Assembly (NCBI RefSeq): GCF_001194135.2
Contig: NC_068989.1
Coordinates: 61,059,443 to 61,103,566, forward strand
Reading direction: 5' to 3'
Length of the DNA: 44,124 nt
DNA from: Octopus bimaculoides
Lineage: Eukaryota
Numbering within the stretch: the first letter of the stretch is position 1; each line of letters starts with the position of its first letter. Positions 35,069 through 44,124 of this stretch are shown here, one piece after another. The notes under the pieces were generated by a model. It was not told the origin of the DNA. It worked only from the letters and a program-made list of their open reading frames with translations, and did no database searches. The translations under genes were made by a program, and so were the position numbers.

Positions 35069-37236
35069 AATGTTTGTTTTTATGTTAAGTTATAATAATA
35101 TCATTCTTATGTAAGAATAACATGTACGTATACACACACGTATGTTCGGGCCCATGCACATATGCACACACACACACGCACACACGCACAAGACACACAC
35201 TCACATACACACAAACACATACACACATACTCATACATATACGTATATATATANNNNNNNNNNNNNNNNNNNNNNNNNNNNNNNNNNNNNNNNNNNNNNN
35301 NNNNNNNNNNNNNNNNNNNNNNNNNNNNNNNNNNNNNNNNNNNNNNNNNNNNNNNNNNNNNNNNNNNNNNNNNNNNNNTATATATACACATCTTTAGAAG
35401 AAACGTTATGATCCCGAATGATGCCTCTTTATATCAACTGTTAGACGGATCTGATGTTCAAAATATTCATATTGAAGACAATTTTTTTTTACGTTAATCT
35501 TTGTTATTTATGACTTTTTGTCAATGTTAATTTCTAAATATCATTCCTGGAGTATGTGCAAGTCGATCTCTTTATTGATTATCGGGGTAGTATTTGTCTG
35601 CATTACATAATTGATAGCTTGATTTACTTCGCTATTGTCCAAATAGCAAATTTCGTTTTCTGCCTATTTTTATCCGTTCCTTGTTTCTTCTTTAATACAA
35701 GTAATTTTTTTCAAATACTTTATATACAAAGGATTTTTTCTTAGCATTAAAATACTACAATTTAATGGATAATTTAAAACATAAAACAAAACTATGTCAT
35801 TTCTCTTTACGAAATTAAACCCTACCTAATCATACTATCTGAATTCAATATTATATCCAAAGCTACAATTAATGAAGACTTTAGAATAATGAAGAAATAA
35901 TCAATAATTTTGTTTTCTAGAAAATATTTCCCGAGAATAATATAGGTGAACTTGTATGATTTTTGTGAGATTTTTTTTCTGTCTTTTATATTACCAAAAT
36001 TTCAAATATATAAAATTAATGCATACTGACTACCTTGAGGAGAAATAGCATTCTCTTTCTGGTTTTATTTTGTTGCCTTGGTGCATTCAATCTACAAGGG
36101 ATTATTAACACTGTTCATATAATTGATAGTATTCTCATTTCTGAAAGACGCTAAAGTAATCCATGAGGTCGACTAAAAGGATCTGATAAGAAGTATTCTG
36201 ATGCAACTATTAATCTTTAAACAGGAAATTAATTTTCGTTTACGAAACAATGGAATTGATTACCAACCAGACTAAAATTTGTATGACATATTACAAGCGT
36301 CATCATGTTAGTATTCTATTCAGTGTATGTTTCTACAAGACAAAGAAATACGCTAAATTATACACACAAAAATATATGTAAACTCACTAGATTCATTTAA
36401 GTCATGTATTCATACATTGTTCTTTGTCATTGTGTGAAAGGCTGGTTAGTAAGATTACACAGAAGAGTGTACTGCTTGCCTAACTGGTTATTTGCAGCTT
36501 CGTCGTACATCAGATATTATGAATATGATATATTCATGCACATATACGTATTCTCCTGTAAAAATGAAAGCCCATATGTGTATATCTGTGTGTTTATGTG
36601 TGTCTTTATGTATGTGTGTACAATCATAGTTAACAACATCGTGTAAACACACAGGGGTAAAGAACTTTCACTTAGGATTAGACTCAGGAGAAAGTTCTTC
36701 TAATGATGTGGGAAAGCATTAAAGGGTTATGTATGACATTATCGGACCGTAGGACCCATGCGTTTTGTGTTGTTACAGCTCATCAACTAGGACACCAAGT
36801 CAGTCGATCATATTCCTCTAAAAACGGCCTTCTTCTAAAAGCAAACAAGGGATAATACGTTTACTAATATGCGCGAAGTTTTACCTACCGGTGCACTGCG
36901 AAGCAGCGTTAAATATATATATATATATATATATATGCATGTACAATCCTATGTAACACGAGCATTTACGCTAGAATTTATACAGTAAAACATTTCATAT
37001 ACCTGTATTCGTCTATATTGTTCAGGAACATACTGCTGGATACTGGGTTATTCCCCTTAGCCCATTTTAAAATAATTTATGTAAAGAACTCAGGCGATAA
37101 ATATGCTATTTCCTTTTATATACATGACTAAGAATCTTGACTGCTGGAGATAGATTAGAATAATTCTTTTACTTGTGACACCTATTGAATCAAACTCACG
37201 TGCAGAATAATATTCTTTTATACCTGGATAATTAAC

Positions 37237-37323
37237 CTTTCCTTTTAATTAATGTTGTAGCAACTGCAGGAATTTTCATTCTTAAAGTAATCTCTTCTTT
37301 TGATATGAAGCTGGTCTCATTTG
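37237..37323 (-). CDS. Weak candidate upstream exon (NETSFISKEEITLRMKIPAVATTLIKRK)
   Basis: Acceptor caataacttatcag, weak donor AAG|GTTAAT, phase 1 to 1, compatible with exon 31567-31655. Confidence 0.25.
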
Positions 37324-37424
37324 CTGATAAGTTATTGTGACACATCTTGATTTTAACAAATCGAAAATTTTTACTCTGTTCTATTCGATGTACATATGTT
37401 TCACTCTCCTCCTTCCCTCCGTTC

Positions 37425-37492
<68 letters not shown>
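37425..37492. repeat. (CT)n microsatellite
   Basis: Direct reading. Confidence 0.95.
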
Positions 37493-37494
<2 letters not shown>

Positions 37495-38254
37495 TCTCAA
37501 TCCCTGTCTGTCCGTCTCTATTTGACTATCTGCTGTCTGTCTCTCTGTATATGTGTGTGTGTATATATGTGTGCACATATACACACGAGTACAAGCAAAT
37601 TATTATAACATAGCCTAAGATGCTAATATTAACAGAACGTTAGTAATATTTCCATAATGGAGTTTAAAGGTAAAAAATCAATCCTTCGGCATATCACGAG
37701 TGACCAACCCCTGAGAAATTACAGGAAGTGTTGCCAATTCTTATGTATGATGTCGTAGTAAGTTAGTAATCTTGTACAATCCGATAATTGATTTTATTAG
37801 AAAAAAATATCATAAAAGAGATAGAAGAATATTTATATCAGTTCATTTATTGATTTTATTGATTACGTCATTTTAAAAATACACACGCACACAAACACAT
37901 ATACTCATATAAATTAACCTACAATTAAGTATTGCATTTCTAATCATATCATTTTTATTCTGCATATAACACACAGACATGCACACTCACGCACGCATAT
38001 ACATACAATTTCGACACTTACATCATGAGACTGAATATTTTTTTGTTACTATTATTATGAAAAGTCTTTTTCCATGAATGATAGATATTATACTTCAATA
38101 GAATCCTTTGTTTTTTGCCTTTTTGTAGATAACGTTATTTCACCCTCCTTACGGGGTCTGGAGTACAACATACTTTGGGATCATGAAATTAGTTGGCTAT
38201 GTTCACTTCAAACCTTCAGGAATTTTATACAATTGATTTTCTTATCTGTCTTTT

Positions 38255-38266
38255 ACGCTATATATG

Positions 38267-38298
<32 letters not shown>

Positions 38299-38336
38299 CG
38301 TGTGTGTGTGTGTGTGTGTGTGTGTGCCTGTGTGTC

Positions 38337-38367
<31 letters not shown>

Positions 38368-38395
38368 ATGTATGTGTGTGTGTGTGTGTGTATGT
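38255..38395. repeat. (TA)n/(TG)n/(TATG)n microsatellite
   Basis: Direct reading. Confidence 0.95.
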
Positions 38396-38690
38396 AACAA
38401 ATGACAGATGGAAAATGGATTATACGACAGAAAAATTATTGCTTACAACGTTTCGACCTGTTTTGCATCGATCCCATTTGATGGACATGCAACCTCGGTG
38501 CGGAGTGTTTCGTCAGTTCATTTTACAAAGGCTATCGCGTTACGTAAACTCTGCCTCACTTGATTTTGATACAGCATATTGTTACTGACCGTAGGTTTTC
38601 GCCCTTGAACTAGAATGACAAGTGACAGGTGTGTATATGTATATAATAGTAAATCAATGACAGGTAGTAAATAAGAAAAAATAAATAAAC

Positions 38691-38750
38691 AAAGCGGTGC
38701 ACCAGCATGGCAGCGGTCAATTGACTTAAAAATCTACAAGAATAATATAA
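38691..38750 (+). mobile_element. SINE family B 3' tail fragment
   Basis: AAAGCGGTGCACCAGCATGGCAGCGGTCAATTGACT matches the tail of 14021-14405. Confidence 0.55.
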
Positions 38751-38833
38751 TAAGTAAAAAAAAGTCATAAGCGTAAGTATACATATAAAAACTTCCGAAC
38801 ATGCATGTGTGGTCTGCTGCACACACACACACA

Positions 38834-38884
<51 letters not shown>

Positions 38885-40229
38885 ACACACACACGCACCC
38901 TCTCTCTGTCTCTCCCCCTCTCAGAGACACACATGCAGTTAAGTAGATGACATTAACTTAATAGAATATCCGCTTAGGAGTATCGGAATCAATTAGGTTG
39001 AATACATTGGCAGTCCATACATACCCAAGGTAATTCTCCATTCGATTCATCACAGACTATAATAGCCATAGAAAAAAGAAAAGAAAGAATTCTGATTTAC
39101 ATTCACTGTTTCGTAAGTTTGAAATGACTGAAGAAACACTTTAAGGTCGGGAATAAATGCTTGAATAACTGGTTCATTTATGAATTGATTAATTAATAGT
39201 TTGATTACTGATTTAGACCATCGAATAGCGAGGGAACAGACACCCTAGGCAAACGAAACTTTTATTCACACGCTTATGTGTGAATAAATTTATGTTACAA
39301 CATAATTCTTCATTTTTCGCATTTTTTGATTGATTGCTGACGAATGCTTCTTAGCAAGCACGTTTTATTTTGCAGCTACTTCCCAGTCTATAAAAGAGGA
39401 AGAATACACATTCCAAGTGCTTTAAGAACCATATGATCTTCTTAGTAATGTGCAAATACAATTGGTATATGCTATATTACAGAGTGTATGAATATATATC
39501 TATAAATATATGTTTCTTCACAATCAGTCAATGCTTCATGAAATGAATGCAGCGAAATAATTTCTACACGCAAGCTTCTAAATCTGGTTTCATCTATTAT
39601 TGAATTTCTTTTGGTCATTTTACTTCAAAGAACTGTGAACGTTCCAAAACGCATATCGTATCTAGATTTACTTTATATTGATATTCGTATATTACATTCC
39701 ACTATGAAATCTCCAATACTCTTGCCTTAAAATGATTTCATTATCACTTTATGAATTTATTTGGAACAATACATAAATGACATTTGCTTTTATTGACTGA
39801 AAACCATAGTTGAGCTGCAACTGAGACCGATCAGCGGCTCTGTATAAATAAAAAAAAAATGTGATTAGTTGCCTCTCTCCAATATGTACGATATTGCTCA
39901 ATCACCTCTGAGTGTATTGTTTTTTTATGGCAAAAACAGTTGTAACCTTATGACAACGATGACGTAATTCATGTTGCTTTCTGATTCATTATTACCTAAT
40001 TTGCTCTGACGTCCACCTAACACGTTACTCCAAAACATAAATATAGTCGGGTTTTAACAATTATGTTAGTATCACTCTCTCTAAGTGAAATCTTTACACA
40101 TACATACATATATATGTATCTCTCTCTCTCTCTTTTTCTCTCTCTCTCTCTCTTTCTCTATCTCTCTCTCTATTACTCTCTCTCTCTCTCCTTTTCTATC
40201 TCTCTCTCTCTCTTTATATACATACGTAC

Positions 40230-40272
<43 letters not shown>

Positions 40273-40599
40273 TATATACATATATATGTATATGTGTAAA
40301 AAGCCAGCCCTATGAATTATAGGTGCAATTAATTTCTGCCAGCTCTGAGGAGAGCAAACGTGAAATAAAATATCTTACTGAAGGACTCAGTGATCCATCA
40401 ATTTCATGACTTACGATTGTGAGGCAAATATCATAACCACTAAGACACACACATACACACGTACACACACATATTTCTGGAAAAGACCGTCCTATGTCTA
40501 TAAAGATAATAAGCGTACAGTTGGTGTAGCAACTGTACCCAGAATTATTCATCTAAATCTGTTTTGTACACAGGGTACTTAATGGCGAACAGAAGGAAA

Positions 40600-40960
40600 G
40601 ACGTATTAGTGACAGCAGAGAGAGTGTTGAGCACATTATATCAAATCCAAGATATTGGAATCTCTGGTGGCCTGCCAAGAAGCTGAATCTAATGCTATAG
40701 TCCAGAGATCTAGAGACAAATTGCGTAATGAAAACATCTTGCTTCCCCAATAAGGAAGTAGGAGAAGCAATGCAAGCTTATGATGATCCCCTTCTAAGAT
40801 AGCAAAAGCAGCATCTATTATCGACTGGGTTCCCAGCGGCCTGACTGTCAGCAAATGTTACTTTGTTGAGGCTTTGAGTTAGTTGATGGGATTTCGGTGC
40901 AAAAGTTGATAACACCTTCACCAGGTTAACGCACCACTCCAGAATACCTTCTAACTTGTT
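40600..40960 (+). mobile_element. Highly decayed mariner transposase fragment
   Basis: S*I*CYSPEI*RQ...KHLASP...KLMMIPF*DSK.../IDWVPSGLTVSKCYFVEAL...HLHQVNAP resembles SWIYCYDPE..WK...SP..K.M..FFD..WVP.G.TVN..YY..L...LHQDNAP. Confidence 0.6.
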
Positions 40961-41127
40961 CCCCACTCCGAGTGAGAGGACGAAGGTAGCTGAAGTAGGA
41001 GTATTTTGTACGACTTCCATAGGGCCACCACGAAATAGATGGTGCACTACAGCCAATGCATTAACGTCAGAAGATACTATTTTAAGGGTTATTAGGATTT
41101 CTCTTTCAATTCTTTAAAATATTTATG

Positions 41128-41164
<37 letters not shown>

Positions 41165-42399
41165 NNNNNNNNNNNNNNNNNNNNNNNNNNNNNNNNNNNN
41201 NNNNNNNNNNNNNNNNNNNNNNNNNNNNNNNNNNNNNNNNNNNNNNNNNNNNNNNNNNNNNNNNNNNNNNNNNNNNNNNNNNNNNNNNNNNNNNNNNNNN
41301 NNNNNNNNNNNNNNNNNNNNNNNNNNNNNNNNNNNNNNNNNNNNNNNNNNNNNNNNNNNNNNNNNNNNNNNNNNNNNNNNNNNNNNNNNNNNNNNNNNNN
41401 NNNNNNNNNNNNNNNNNNNNNNNNNNNNNNNNNNNNNNNNNNNNNGAGAGAGAGAGAGAGAGAGTTGGAGATAGGAGTGAAATAACGAACCGTCCGTCTT
41501 CTCAAATACGAACAGCTCGTAGATACTATACACTTTTACCGTGTTTTGAATTACACACATGAAAATTATTATAATACAAATCAGACATCAAAATCGAAAA
41601 GGTAACGTAACTGAGCTGAATAAAGATTTGAATGATATCTGATCCTCTGTCCAGATGAACGCTTAATGATTTCCAAATATTAAGTGCTTTTAATCTAAAC
41701 AGACCTACGTCACTTGCAACCTTCTGTTAGAGAATGCCATCTCATCTAAATTTTGCATTGTTCCGAAACACTGGAAGCTGGCATTCAGATAGCTACTCTT
41801 GTACTTGTTATAACAGGGTCAGTCTCTTGATATAATACGATATATTTAATGTTATGCTATTCACGCTCATTAAGTGCTTTTGTTATTGCTTACGTTATTA
41901 CTTGTCGAGTGTCATATACTTATTGGCTTTTTCCATCTTGTTGATTTTGCAGCAACCGCGGTTTCTACGTAACTCGCTTTCAGAGCAGGTTTATAACGGC
42001 TTCGTTTCCATTAAATTAAATTGCATTTGTTTGAATAGAAAACATTACATTACAAACTGATTAAATGGATGTCTAGTTTCTTAACTTGGATGCTCTTACT
42101 TCTCTGGTGTTTTAAAATACTTTTGTTGCTGCTGTTGTTGGTGGTTTTTTAAATATGCCCGATGATCTTTTCATATTTCAGCAGTACTCGAATCAGTGAT
42201 GAAGTTTATCTGTAATTATGAAACAATATGTGCTCGCGTGAGAGAGCATATATGTGGGCGAATGAGAACAAACACACACGTCTCCGCTCACACCACATGC
42301 ACACTGCATATATGTATACAGGAAAACGCATGCACACACACTCACGCACACGCACATATGTATACAGAATAAAATGCAAATCTATATTCATATGAATGT

Positions 42400-42421
42400 A
42401 TATATAGATATATGAGTATGT

Positions 42422-42466
<45 letters not shown>

Positions 42467-42487
42467 NNNNNNNNNNGTCTATATATA

Positions 42488-42523
<36 letters not shown>

Positions 42524-43090
42524 TGTATATATATACATATATATATATATACACACATATATACATATGTGTGTGTGTGTCTGTATGTAGGTGTGTGTGC
42601 AGAGAGATAAATAGATATTTTTTAGTTGCACATGTGTGTAAACAAATGTATGTGTGTATACATAGATATATAAACATAAGCACACACATATATATGCAAG
42701 GATGGGTGAAATGCTGGGATTATATTGGCAGGCATCGATGCTGCCTGTCACTATCATGTGAAAGTGCAAAGCGTTGTTCTATGTGGTGAATGTTAAAATT
42801 TTCATCCACATAAGGACAAGCGCACGCACACGCACACACATGTATTTATACACACATCACACACATACATCTATTCATCCATGCACCTATCTATACCTAT
42901 CTATATATACATATGTGTACATACAAACATATATAGATATATTCATACGTGTATATATACATATATTTATAGATGCATTGGTGTATCTATATATACATAG
43001 GTGTGTGTGTGTGTGTGTATGTGAGTGCGTATGAGTGTGTGTGCGTATGTGTGTGTGTGTGTGTGTGTGAGCGTTGTGTGTAAACCTATA
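42400..43090. repeat. (TA)/(TG)/(TATG) microsatellite-rich tract
   Basis: Direct reading. Confidence 0.9.
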
Positions 43091-43481
43091 GATATATGTT
43101 CATGCACAATCATACAAACTCTCGAACGCACACGTACTCACGCACTACTAAATTGTATGATATGTGTGTGAAATAACCAAGAATACTAAATTTTATTGAA
43201 CAACTGTTAGAACGTGTATACAACATGGAATTTCCACTTTGAAATTTCATTTTCTTATAACGTATCAAATAAAAGATTAATCTAGTCGGAGTGCCCCTTG
43301 CGATCGATACATCGACCGCGATTCTAAATGAATAAACGCTTAATTACTTAAGCAAATGCATCAACAGATGGTCGTGGTTGTTTCTGTTCTTCATCTTACT
43401 GCTTATGTTCATGTTCTATATGTGCACTCTTGCGATATGTATACGTATTTTGTATGTGTTATATATGTACGTGACATAGGA

Positions 43482-43512
<31 letters not shown>

Positions 43513-43943
43513 TCTACTGGTGTAACTTGTAAGTACAATCGTAAGTAGATAATCTATAGAACAATTCAATCACATGGTGATATAGTCACCAATGGCTGAA
43601 TACATAAATGTGTATATATATAAATATATAGTTACATATAACACATCACTGAATATCGATATACGCACACGCATAGACACACGCAGACACACATGCATTA
43701 AACGTACATTTATTCTACAATTGTTTCTGATTTGTACCTTTAAATCTAGACAAGAAGCTTATAGTGACATTTAATTAGTTATATACAAGAATAAGTTCAT
43801 ATATAATCTGTTTATATTATACAATGTATATATGTGTGCATCTATAAAGTAGGAATGTGTGCATAATATGCACATACTACAGTGTGTGAATGTTTATAAT
43901 TATGACTGTATGCATACACATGTTTACACATCTACAAATACAC

Positions 43944-44026
<83 letters not shown>
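43944..44026. repeat. (TATC)n microsatellite
   Basis: Direct reading. Confidence 0.97.
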
Positions 44027-44124
44027 CTTGTCTCTCTGTGTATCTGTCTGTGTGTGAGTGTGTGCCTGCATATATTTTTGGAAATGAGTACATATCGGTA
44101 CACACGCGCGGACAAATTTAGAAA

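Noticed and set aside
39261-39288. 11-bp perfect hairpin TTTATTCACAC/GTGTGAATAAA
   Set aside because: Short and AT-rich; no downstream CTRR for a Helitron end; compatible with chance.
39334-39370. CTGACGA-A-TGC/GCA motif
   Set aside because: No GAAA box and no stem I.
13025-43034. Numerous [16 protein letters not shown] ORFs
   Set aside because: Dinucleotide repeats lack stop codons in some frames; no coding signal.
1-44124. CRISPR arrays, rRNA, operons or prokaryotic systems
   Set aside because: No regularly spaced repeat-spacer arrays or rRNA-like sequence; the content is typical animal intronic DNA.

Overview
AT-rich, microsatellite-saturated eukaryotic DNA with five N-gaps, each flanked by simple repeats. 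The repeat repertoire (tRNA-derived SINEs, R4/Dong LINEs in (TAA)n, Penelope-type elements) looks like an Octopus genome; this is an inference. None of the long ORFs in the track is a real gene by itself, as most are translated microsatellites. Reading splice signals by hand gives a fragmentary chain of small minus-strand exons from about 37.3 kb down to about 0.96 kb. Several translate to peptides resembling, in collinear order, the C-terminal half of vertebrate MEI1 (meiosis inhibitor protein 1); this is recalled from memory and unverified. The introns contain several R4/Dong LINE remnants, a Penelope-like RT remnant, a Chapaev3-like transposase remnant, two mariner remnants and many SINEs. 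The most interesting signal is a short retroposon built as tRNA-like Pol III head + (AAT)n + Penelope-type tail carrying a minimal type I hammerhead ribozyme. It is present as one core-intact copy (70-115) and as a head-to-head fused inverted pair (26867-27412). Further degenerate hammerhead motifs of other families and an isolated 88-nt hairpin also occur.
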